Counted from the stretch's first letter, positions 17,485 to 25,725 are shown. The stretch is DNA of 57,303 nt from a bacterium (GCA_021814695.1 JAKAHY010000007.1:1-57303), one strand, 5' to 3'. Numbers and translations: made by a program. The notes: generated from the sequence alone by a model not told the origin.

Positions 17485-18960
17485 ATGAGTGACGAAGTTC
17501 TAAACATAGGAAAAACCAATTATCGGAATCAAGAGTCTGTTTTTGGCATCAAAGAAGACGACCGCCGCAGACACGTATATATAATCGGAAAATCCGGTAC
17601 TGGGAAGAGCACTCTTCTGGCCAATATGGTCAGTTCCGATATCGCCGCCGGACACGGTATTTGTCTGGTGGATCCTCACGGTGAGACGGCCGAAGATGTT
17701 TTGAAAATGATTCCCGAAGACAGAGCGGGGGATGTTATTTATTTCAATCCGTCCGATATCGACTATCCGATAGCATTTAACCCATTGGAGCGCGTCAGTA
17801 ACGATATGCGCCATTTGGTTGCCTCGGGTCTTATGTCGGTATTCAAGAAAATATGGCCCGATGTCTGGTCGGCGCGTATGGAATATATTTTAAACAATAC
17901 CCTCTTAGCGCTTCTTGAATATCCCAACTCGACTTTGCTGGGAATTATGAAGATGTTTGCCGATAAAGAATACCGTAAATCGATAGTGGAAAATCTTCAG
18001 GACCCAGTTGTTAAATCCTTTTGGGTGGATGAATTCGCCAAATATACCCAAAAATTGGAAACCGAAGCGGTAGCCGCCATTCAAAACAAAGTCGGCCAAT
18101 TTGTCGCAAACCCGCTTATAAGAAATATTATCGGACAGGCTCACTCGTCATTTGATTTCAGAAAGGTTATGGACGAAGGAAAGATCTTTATAGCCAACCT
18201 CTCCAAGGGGAAAATAGGTGAAGATAATTCGGCTCTTTTGGGAGCTATGGTAGTTACTAAAATTCAGCTGGCGGCAATGTCGCGGGCAGGAATCCCTAAC
18301 AAGCAACTTCGTGACTTTTATCTGTACGTAGACGAATTTCAAAATTTTGCCACCGAGTCTTTTGCGACGATTCTTTCCGAAGCCAGAAAATATAAGCTTG
18401 ATTTGACGGTTGCTCATCAATATATAGAGCAACTTTCCGAAGAAGTCAGAGCGGCGGTTTTCGGAAACGTGGGAACTATGATTGTATTCCGTGTGGGAGC
18501 TACCGACGCCGAATTTTTGGAAAAAGAATTTTTCCCCGATTTTCTTGCCAATGATTTTGTGAATTTGCCGAATTATCAGGTATACGTGAAGCTTATGATA
18601 GACGGGATGACGTCAAAGCCGTTTTCCGCCAAGACGTTACCGCCTCTGCCCTTGCCCCCGGTTTCGATGTTTGATACTATCATTCAGGTTTCAAGGCAAA
18701 AATATGCGCTTCCCAGAGCCGATGTCGATAAAAAGATAGCCAGCGAATATTATTCCGAAGAAAAACTCGCCGAAGATATCGTAAAACGCAAAGGGGAAAC
18801 TCCTCTGGGGGATGTATTAAGAAGGCCTTCGGAAAGATCGGATAGAGAATTTCCCAAAAAAAGGGAATATAGAAATCCTGACGAGAAAATCGATGTTGGG
18901 GGGCTTAAGGATATTATCCGAAAAGCGCTGGATCAGAAGAAACAGGACGGTAATCAGTAA
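17485..18960 (+). CDS. P-loop NTPase, VirD4/TraG/TraD-like (type IV coupling protein / FtsK-HerA superfamily), lacking TM segments
   Basis: Walker A GKSGTGKST, Walker B-like FYLYVDEFQNF, and the C-terminal block SEARKYKLDLTVAHQYIEQL that is typical of T4CP ATPases. There is no N-terminal hydrophobic region. Confidence 0.75.
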   Translation: MSDEVLNIGKTNYRNQESVFGIKEDDRRRHVYIIGKSGTGKSTLLANMVSSDIAAGHGICLVDPHGETAEDVLKMIPEDRAGDVIYFNPSDIDYPIAFNPLERVSNDMRHLVASGLMSVFKKIWPDVWSARMEYILNNTLLALLEYPNSTLLGIMKMFADKEYRKSIVENLQDPVVKSFWVDEFAKYTQKLETEAVAAIQNKVGQFVANPLIRNIIGQAHSSFDFRKVMDEGKIFIANLSKGKIGEDNSALLGAMVVTKIQLAAMSRAGIPNKQLRDFYLYVDEFQNFATESFATILSEARKYKLDLTVAHQYIEQLSEEVRAAVFGNVGTMIVFRVGATDAEFLEKEFFPDFLANDFVNLPNYQVYVKLMIDGMTSKPFSAKTLPPLPLPPVSMFDTIIQVSRQKYALPRADVDKKIASEYYSEEKLAEDIVKRKGETPLGDVLRRPSERSDREFPKKREYRNPDEKIDVGGLKDIIRKALDQKKQDGNQ

Positions 18961-18990
18961 GCGGTTATAAATAATTAATAAAAGGAAAAA

Positions 18991-19560
18991 ATGATTTCAT
19001 ATAACGAATTAAAACCGGGAATGTTTTTTACCTACGACGGGGCCCTTTATGAAGTATTGGAGGCTAATTTTTTGCGCATGCAGCAGAGAAAGCCGGTCAT
19101 GAAGACTAAACTTCGCGATATGGTTACGGGCAAAGTCAAAGAACAGTCCTTTCAGATGAGCGACAATCTGGAGGAGGCAGAATTGGACAGGATAAAATAC
19201 AGATTTTTATACGAAAACCGCGGTCAATATTGGTTTGACGAGCCCGGCAATCCTAAAAACAGAATCTCGTTTACCGCAGAACAGCTTTCGGGCAAGGGCC
19301 AGTTTTTGAAATCAAATATGGAAGTTACGGCAATGAAGTGGGGGGAAAAGATAATCAGCATAGTCCCGCCCATTAAAGTTGATTTGAAAATTGTTGAGGC
19401 TCCGCCGAATTTCAAAGGAGATACGGCAACCGGAGGAACCAAGATTGTCATTTTGGAAACCGGAGCCAAAGTTAACGTACCGATGTTCGTTAACGAGGGG
19501 GACACCGTAAGAGTAAATACCGAGCTTGGACAGTATGTGGAAAGAGTAGATAAAGCATAA
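18991..19560 (+). CDS. efp: Elongation factor P
   Basis: 189 aa, three-domain EF-P pattern (SYNELKPGM..., KPVMKTKLRDM.TG, GDTATGGTK). Confidence 0.9.
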   Translation: MISYNELKPGMFFTYDGALYEVLEANFLRMQQRKPVMKTKLRDMVTGKVKEQSFQMSDNLEEAELDRIKYRFLYENRGQYWFDEPGNPKNRISFTAEQLSGKGQFLKSNMEVTAMKWGEKIISIVPPIKVDLKIVEAPPNFKGDTATGGTKIVILETGAKVNVPMFVNEGDTVRVNTELGQYVERVDKA

Positions 19561-19565
19561 ACTTT

Positions 19566-19594
19566 AAACCCGCTTAACAGCGGGTTTTTGTTTT
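19566..19594 (+). terminator. Intrinsic terminator after efp
   Basis: acccgc-ttaaca-gcgggt hairpin followed by tttttgtttt. Confidence 0.8.
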
Positions 19595-19642
19595 GCCACC
19601 CTTTTAATCGCAAAAGGGTGGCTCCTAAAACTCGCAGGCTAT

Positions 19643-19782
19643 ATAAACTCTTGTGATAAATAGGGCTCATTCTCATTTATGACTCAAACTCGCCCTGCTG
19701 GCGCAGAAGCTCAAACAGTGAGTCATATCCGCCCAAGGCGGACAGTTCGAATTCACTCCAATTTATCAATACAAGAGTTTAT
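19643..19782. ncRNA. Candidate structured RNA or MITE-like element (unclassified)
   Basis: The closing helix has two parts: 19643-54 pairs with 19771-82 (12 bp, perfect), and 19655-61 pairs with 19761-67. Inner hairpins are 19678-86/19719-27 (9 bp) and 19729-41 (5 bp). It lies between the efp terminator and the promoter of the next gene. Confidence 0.4.
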
Positions 19783-19846
19783 GGCCTGCATTTGTATAAA
19801 ACACCAGATATCAGACACTATATATTAACCCAAAGGGGCGCTTTTG

Positions 19847-19875
19847 TTGACGGCCGTATGATTTTTGTTTATTAT
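19847..19875 (+). promoter_or_regulatory. Putative promoter of the 122-aa membrane protein gene
   Basis: TTGACG, 17 nt, TATTAT. Confidence 0.5.
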
Positions 19876-19895
19876 CCGGTCAGATATTTGAGGAG

Positions 19896-20264
19896 TTGCG
19901 AGTGAGAGACAAACAGGTCTTGTGTAAGGATATTTTCGCCGTTTTGCTGATTGTTTCTTTGTCCGTACTTCCGTCTCTGGTGCATTGGGGTCTTGGTTAT
20001 TGGCCAACGCACAGGTTTATGTTTGATCTTTATCTGGGAACGGATTTGTTCTTTATTGTGTCTTCTTTTGCCGGGTTGTTGCGGTGGCACGATATCGGAA
20101 TCAAAATTAGCCGGACGGGGCTTATGCTGGTAGCGGCGGTAGTTCTGGTTAACCCCTTCATTGTGATGGCATTGGGATTTTCTCCCTGGCTTAACTTTGA
20201 GATCTCTTGGGGGTATGTGGTATTTGCCGTACTTTACCCGTTCATTTTAGGGAAAAAAAGATAA
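19896..20264 (+). CDS. Hypothetical small integral membrane protein (about 4 TM)
   Basis: Hydrophobic 122-aa ORF. TTG 19896 or GTG 19902 could be the start, with aggag at 19891-19895 favouring 19902. Confidence 0.55.
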   Translation: MRVRDKQVLCKDIFAVLLIVSLSVLPSLVHWGLGYWPTHRFMFDLYLGTDLFFIVSSFAGLLRWHDIGIKISRTGLMLVAAVVLVNPFIVMALGFSPWLNFEISWGYVVFAVLYPFILGKKR

Positions 20265-20301
20265 TTTTAAAACAGACTGGGCCATTAGGGGCCCTTTTAT
20301 C

Positions 20302-21426
20302 ATGGGTGATATAATGTTTAATAGGATGGAATCTTATAATAAAAACAAAAAAATATTGGTAGCTATGTCGGGAGGGGTTGATTCTTCGGTTGCGGCTTTG
20401 TTACTGAAAAATAAAGGATGCAATGTGGCCGGAGGATTTATCCGGGGTTACAACGTTGATGGGTGCCAGGATAGAGACGCCGAAGATGCCCGCCTTGTCT
20501 GCGAAAAAATCGGAATCCCGTTTTATGTATTTAATTTCGAAGACGAATACAAGAACAAAGTGGTTGATTATCTTCTGGACGGATACCAAAATGGAATAAC
20601 CCCCAACCCGGATGTTGTTTGTAATCGGGAAATAAAATTCGGTCTTTTATACGATAAGGCGATGAGTCTGGGTTTTGAACGTATCGCTTCAGGCCACTAC
20701 GCCAAAGTTAAATCCGGAATTTTTAGAAAGGAATTCAAAATTTTTTCCGCCAAAGACAAAAGCAAGGACCAGTCTTATTTTTTGTGGGATATTCCTCAAG
20801 AAAAACTGAAACGCCTGATTTTCCCCTTGGGTAATCTTAAAAAACCCGAAGTCAGAAAGATTGCTAAAAAATCCGGACTTCCCGTTGCCGAGAAAAAAGA
20901 CTCCCAGGGAATTTGTTTTCTTGGGAAATTCGATTTCGGTGATTTTTTAAGGGAAAACATCAAAACGAAAGCGGGGGATATTGTGGACACAAACGGAAAT
21001 AAGGTGGGAAAACATGATGGGGTCTGGCTTTATACTATCGGGCAAAAGCACGGGTTTAAGAATTTTTCCGGAGAATCTTTTTACATTATTGGAAAAAATC
21101 TTGAAAAAAACGAGCTAATTGTCGCATATGAAGGCGATAAAAAATTGCTTTGTAAAGAATTTCAAATAACCGATTTGAATTTTTTGGATGATAAGACAAA
21201 ATCAGATTTTGAAAATGGAAAAGAAATCAAAGTTAAAATTAGAAACAGATATCGCCAGCCTTTGTTTGGGGCAACTCTGACTCTTCTGGATAATCCGCAT
21301 AAATCCGTTTCTTTATCGGCATTAATCCGCGTTGATGTTCCACGTCAGCTATTTCCCGCCTCGGGACAATCAACTGTTTTTTACAAAAAAAATGGCCAAA
21401 TGCTGGGCGGAGGAGTAATAGTTTAG
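20302..21426 (+). CDS. mnmA: tRNA-specific 2-thiouridylase MnmA
   Basis: PP-loop VAMSGGVDSSVAA, catalytic Cys regions (NPDVVCNREIKF, SQGICFLG). The start could be one of the ATGs at 20302, 20314 or 20326. Confidence 0.9.
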   Translation: MGDIMFNRMESYNKNKKILVAMSGGVDSSVAALLLKNKGCNVAGGFIRGYNVDGCQDRDAEDARLVCEKIGIPFYVFNFEDEYKNKVVDYLLDGYQNGITPNPDVVCNREIKFGLLYDKAMSLGFERIASGHYAKVKSGIFRKEFKIFSAKDKSKDQSYFLWDIPQEKLKRLIFPLGNLKKPEVRKIAKKSGLPVAEKKDSQGICFLGKFDFGDFLRENIKTKAGDIVDTNGNKVGKHDGVWLYTIGQKHGFKNFSGESFYIIGKNLEKNELIVAYEGDKKLLCKEFQITDLNFLDDKTKSDFENGKEIKVKIRNRYRQPLFGATLTLLDNPHKSVSLSALIRVDVPRQLFPASGQSTVFYKKNGQMLGGGVIV

Positions 21427-21438
21427 TATACTTATTCT

Positions 21439-21966
21439 ATGATAGTAGTGTTTACCGGAAACGGAAAAGGAAAAACAACCGCGACAATCGGCCAGATGTT
21501 GCGCGCCGTAGGCCAGAAAAAGAGAGGAGTAATGTTTCAGTTTATAAAAGGGCCGTGGATCTCGGGTGAACATAAATTTTTGGATAAATATAAGGCCTTA
21601 AAAGGGAAACTTGAAATCCATCGCGGAGGAAAAGGTTTTGTCGGAATATTGGGAGACAAACTGCCTTTTGCCGTGCATAAAAAAGCAGCTCAAAATACTC
21701 TTAAGGCGGCAGCAACTGCCATAAAATCCAAAAAATGGGACATCGTTGCGCTTGACGAGGTTAATGTCGCGGTATCGCTGGGCCTGATTAAGTCAGCAGA
21801 TGTTTTGAAGGTCATAAAAAATGAACCGCAAAAAATGATTGTTGTTTTAAGCGGAAGAGGCGCTCCAAAGAGTTTTATAAAAAGAGCCGATTTAGTTACG
21901 GAAATGAAAGAGATAAAGCATCCATATAACAAAGGCAAAAAAGCCGAAGTAGGATTTGAATTTTAG
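21439..21966 (+). CDS. Cob(I)yrinic acid a,c-diamide / corrinoid adenosyltransferase (CobO/BtuR family)
   Basis: P-loop FTGNGKGKTTATIG, ALDEV, C-terminal HPY..G..A..G.EF. 175 aa. Confidence 0.8.
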   Translation: MIVVFTGNGKGKTTATIGQMLRAVGQKKRGVMFQFIKGPWISGEHKFLDKYKALKGKLEIHRGGKGFVGILGDKLPFAVHKKAAQNTLKAAATAIKSKKWDIVALDEVNVAVSLGLIKSADVLKVIKNEPQKMIVVLSGRGAPKSFIKRADLVTEMKEIKHPYNKGKKAEVGFEF

Positions 21967-21991
21967 TTCCTTAAGGGTACGCGGTGCTAAT

Positions 21992-22009
21992 ATACAAATT
22001 TGTACGAAT
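21992..22009 (+). repeat. AT-rich motif copy 3 (atacaaatttgtacgaat) upstream of comEC
   Basis: Contains the perfect 12-bp palindrome tacaaatttgta. It is 17/18 identical to the reverse complement of 9696-9713 and is followed by aataccaatt. Confidence 0.6.
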
Positions 22010-22023
22010 AATACCAATTTAGG

Positions 22024-23463
22024 ATGAGTATAGGTCAAAAGAGTTTTCTATTTTTTGCATTCTTTATTTGTGGAGTTTTGGCATCGGGTTTGGGAGTTTC
22101 TCTCTTGATAATATTGATAACCGATTCAATCGTCTGTTTACTCTTTATTTGCGCGTACTTTTTAAAGTCCGACAGCCGGCTGGTAACAGTCGGTTTTTTG
22201 ACTCTTGCTGTATTTTTAGGCGCTTTTTATGCCAGAGCCTATGAATATGTAAAATTCGAAAAGAGCGCGATAACTTACGGGAAAAGCGGAGAAATTTCCG
22301 GAAAAATAATCTCATCGCCTGCAAGTTATCAAAAATTTCAATCGTTTGAACTGAAAACCGAAAAAGGGCCGGTGTTGTCCGTGCGGACGGACTCATACAA
22401 ACAGTTAAGTTACGGAGACGAGGTTCTGATTGAGGGTGCCGTTAAAGGATTGACCACAACCACCTCATACATGAAAAAAGACGGAATTTCCGGAACTGTT
22501 GATTTCCCCGAAATTATTTCGATAAAAGAAAGCAGCGGTTTATCTATAAAAGGCGGATTATTTTATGTTAGAGATCTTATGGCTCAGGTTTATAGAAAAA
22601 CTCTTAATCAGAATGAATCGGCGCTTATGGCCGGTATTCTTCTGGGGCAGGAAAGCGCGGATTTTCCCGCCGATTTCAAACAGGCGATGAAAAACAGCGG
22701 AACAACCCATATAACCGCTCTTTCCGGATACAACATCACGATTTTAATTTCGGCTCTATTTTTTATTTTGAGTTTTGTATTTTCAAGAAAGTCCACGTTT
22801 TTAATTTCCATATTGGCGATTATTTTATTTGTCGTGATGACCGGAGCTCAAAGCTCGGTTATTCGGGCCGCGCTTATGGGATCGCTTGTAATTATCGCTC
22901 AGCGATTATCGCGGATTTACAGTTTCAAGCAGGCGATGGCTATATCGGCTTTCATAATGCTCGTTGCCAACCCGATGATGATTGAGTTTGATGTCGGATT
23001 TGTGCTTTCATTTTTATCCCTTGCGGGCATAACTTATCTGGCTCCCATCGTTGCAACGTTTTTTATGTTTAAAAACGAGATTGCCGATAAAATAAAAAAA
23101 CTTTTTTGTGAAACTTTTGCGGCTCAGCTTGCGGTTTTGCCGGTTCTGTCGGTATATTTCGGCGGATTTTCATTGGCCGGACTCATTTCCAATGTTTTGG
23201 TGTTGCCGCTAATTCCCTTGACGATGTTTGCGGGATTTATAGTCGGTGTGGCGGGAATAATTTGGGCACCGCTGGCCTCGTTGTGTTCGATTGTTCTTTC
23301 ACTGCCATTGGCGCTTGAAGTTGGGATAATAAAATTATTCGGTTCAATACATCAGATTCAGGCCCAATTCGGAATATTGACGGTTGCCGTATATTATCTG
23401 ATTTTGATTTCGGTCGTGCTGAAATATAAACGGAGATTGGAGGCACATGAATATATCATATAA
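22024..23463 (+). CDS. comEC: ComEC/Rec2 DNA internalisation channel, membrane (competence) domain only
   Basis: Polytopic. Has the N-terminal OB/DUF4131-like region and the competence-domain block (MKNSGTTHITALSGYNITIL, VMTGAQSSVIRAALM). No metallo-beta-lactamase domain is in this ORF. Confidence 0.85.
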   Translation: MSIGQKSFLFFAFFICGVLASGLGVSLLIILITDSIVCLLFICAYFLKSDSRLVTVGFLTLAVFLGAFYARAYEYVKFEKSAITYGKSGEISGKIISSPASYQKFQSFELKTEKGPVLSVRTDSYKQLSYGDEVLIEGAVKGLTTTTSYMKKDGISGTVDFPEIISIKESSGLSIKGGLFYVRDLMAQVYRKTLNQNESALMAGILLGQESADFPADFKQAMKNSGTTHITALSGYNITILISALFFILSFVFSRKSTFLISILAIILFVVMTGAQSSVIRAALMGSLVIIAQRLSRIYSFKQAMAISAFIMLVANPMMIEFDVGFVLSFLSLAGITYLAPIVATFFMFKNEIADKIKKLFCETFAAQLAVLPVLSVYFGGFSLAGLISNVLVLPLIPLTMFAGFIVGVAGIIWAPLASLCSIVLSLPLALEVGIIKLFGSIHQIQAQFGILTVAVYYLILISVVLKYKRRLEAHEYII

Positions 23464-24286
23464 AAAAATTTTGATTTTTGCGGGAGTTTTAGCCGCTTTA
23501 AACCTGGCATTTTGGGTATCAATCGTTTTGCGGCCGATTAATGCGAAAGCGGAAACTTATTTTTTGAATGTTGGCCAAGGCGACAGCGAGCTTGTCCGTT
23601 TGGGCCGGGCTAATTTTTTGATAGATTCGGGTAAGGACGCAAGTGTGGTTGATAATCTGGATAAAATTATTCCCAATTACAGAAAAAGAATAGATGTCGC
23701 TTTTGTATCCCACGGTCAGACGGACCATGCCGGAGGGATGTTTTATCTTCTTAAAAATTATGATGTCGGATATGTTATTTACAACGGAGACAATACTTCA
23801 CTTTGGCAGAATTTGAAGAAACTTCTTGAAGAAAAAAATATTCCCTACCTGATACTCAAAGCAGGGGACCGAATAGTTTATGGAGCAGACAGATTTGATA
23901 TTTTATGGCCGACAGCTCTGGCGCAGGAAATCGGATCAAACGATAATTCCATGGTCATAAAATACAGCGGAAGAGATTACTCGTCGTTATTTACGGCCGA
24001 TATTTCGTCCAAGGTAGAATCGGAAATAGTTGCCGACAGAATCAATGCCGATATTATCAAAGTTCCACATCATGGCTCAAAATACTCTTCATCGCAGTAT
24101 TTTCTTAATGCGGTCAGTCCGGAAATCGCCGTTATTGAGGTAGGAAAAAATTCATACGGTCATCCGACAAGTGAAGTTTTAAAACGGCTTGAATCCGTAG
24201 GTTCCAAGATATTCAGAACGGACAAGAATGGGCTGGTTAAAATCGGATTAATGGGCCAAAAATTGCAGATATCGGGTCTTCGTTGA
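23447..24286 (+). CDS. Membrane-anchored metallo-beta-lactamase-fold protein (equivalent of the ComEC C-terminal domain)
   Basis: N-terminal TM, NVGQGDS, SHGQTDHAGG, VPHHGS motifs as in the ComEC MBL domain. Overlaps the upstream ORF by 17 nt in another frame. Confidence 0.8.
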   Translation: MNISYKKILIFAGVLAALNLAFWVSIVLRPINAKAETYFLNVGQGDSELVRLGRANFLIDSGKDASVVDNLDKIIPNYRKRIDVAFVSHGQTDHAGGMFYLLKNYDVGYVIYNGDNTSLWQNLKKLLEEKNIPYLILKAGDRIVYGADRFDILWPTALAQEIGSNDNSMVIKYSGRDYSSLFTADISSKVESEIVADRINADIIKVPHHGSKYSSSQYFLNAVSPEIAVIEVGKNSYGHPTSEVLKRLESVGSKIFRTDKNGLVKIGLMGQKLQISGLR

Positions 24287-24318
24287 AAATAGTCCGATTT
24301 TTATATATCCTTAAACTT

Positions 24319-25722
24319 ATGCTACGAACTTGGATAGGAGATATTGTCGATCAATCCGGGAAGGAGGCTGACTTGTTCGGCTGGGTGGATAACCGAAGAG
24401 ATCATGGGAAAATAATTTTTATCGACCTCAGGGACAAGAGCGGAATCTGTCAGGTGGTTTTTGGGCCCTGGAGCGGAAAGGAGCTTTACGAACAAGCGCA
24501 GAAATTGAGAAATGAATGGGTGATAAAAGTTTCTGGGCTTATTAAAGAGCGTCCGGAAAATATGGTCAATAAAAACATCCCCACCGGAACGGTTGAGGTA
24601 GAAGCAAAATCTCTTGAAATCTTAAATTCCTCACTTACTCCGCCATTTGAAGTTACAACCGATGGGCATGATGTGGGGGAAGAGATAAGAATGAAATATC
24701 GTTATCTGGACCTTCGCCGGCCAAGAATGCAACTAAATCTTAATTTAAGGCACAGAGTCGTTAAATTTATCCGAGATTTTCTTAACGAATATAAATTTAT
24801 TGAAGTTGAAACTCCCGCTTTAACCAAGTCTACCCCCGAAGGGGCGCGTGATTATGTGGTTCCGTCCCGTCTGTATCCGGGAAAGTTTTTTGCTTTGCCC
24901 CAGTCGCCCCAGCAGTACAAGCAACTTTTGATGGTTGCCGGAGTGGAAAGATATTTCCAGATTGCCAGGTGTTTCAGGGACGAAGATACCAGAGGCGACA
25001 GGCAGCCGGAATTTACCCAGCTTGATTTGGAAATGTCATTTGTGGAAAGGGAGGACGTGATGGAACTTAACGAGAGGCTCCTTATTGATTTGGTAAAAAA
25101 CTGTACTCCCGAAAAAAAGATTCAACAGATTCCATTTCCGCGTATGACATATAAGGAATCAATGGATAAATACGGGACCGACAGGCCGGACTTGAGGGAA
25201 GACAAGAACGACCCGAATCTGCTGGCGTTCTGTTGGATTATTGATTTTCCGTTTTTCGAAAAGACCGACGAAGGGGGCTGGACTTTCACTCACAATCCTT
25301 TCTCGGCTCCAAGGCCGGAATTTATGGATATGCTCTTGAAAAAAGAAAATATTGCCGATATTCTGACCACTCAATATGATGTGGCGCTCAACGGATTTGA
25401 GATCGGAGGCGGAAGCATCAGAAGTCATACGCCCGAAGCATTAAAGAAGGTTTTTGAAATAATGGGTTTTTCTGAAGATAGAATTGTTAAAAATTTCGGC
25501 CACATGCTTGAAGCGCTTGGGTATGGAGCTCCGCCTCATGGAGGAATTGCCTGGGGGCTGGACCGGCTGGTAACACTCCTTTCCAACGAGCCCAACATCA
25601 GAGAGGTAATAGCCTTTCCCAAAACGGGAGACGCCAGGGACTTGATGATGGATGCTCCGAGTGAATTGGAAAAGAAACAGCTGGAGGAGCTTAATATAGA
25701 AATTAAAAAACCAAAAAAATAA
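24319..25722 (+). CDS. aspS: Aspartate--tRNA ligase, bacterial type but lacking the GAD insertion domain
   Basis: MLRTWIGD matches the canonical AspRS N-terminus, so I prefer ATG 24319 over the listed TTG 24283. YRYLDLRR, FRDEDTRGDRQPEFTQLD and GGGSIR motifs are present. DRPDLRE is followed after about 10 aa by WIIDFPFF. Confidence 0.9.
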   Translation: MLRTWIGDIVDQSGKEADLFGWVDNRRDHGKIIFIDLRDKSGICQVVFGPWSGKELYEQAQKLRNEWVIKVSGLIKERPENMVNKNIPTGTVEVEAKSLEILNSSLTPPFEVTTDGHDVGEEIRMKYRYLDLRRPRMQLNLNLRHRVVKFIRDFLNEYKFIEVETPALTKSTPEGARDYVVPSRLYPGKFFALPQSPQQYKQLLMVAGVERYFQIARCFRDEDTRGDRQPEFTQLDLEMSFVEREDVMELNERLLIDLVKNCTPEKKIQQIPFPRMTYKESMDKYGTDRPDLREDKNDPNLLAFCWIIDFPFFEKTDEGGWTFTHNPFSAPRPEFMDMLLKKENIADILTTQYDVALNGFEIGGGSIRSHTPEALKKVFEIMGFSEDRIVKNFGHMLEALGYGAPPHGGIAWGLDRLVTLLSNEPNIREVIAFPKTGDARDLMMDAPSELEKKQLEELNIEIKKPKK

Positions 25723-25725
25723 AAT

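Noticed and set aside
19741-19760. gttcgaattc T-loop-like sequence suggesting a tRNA or tmRNA
   Set aside because: No complementary T-stem, acceptor stem or anticodon arm can be drawn around it.
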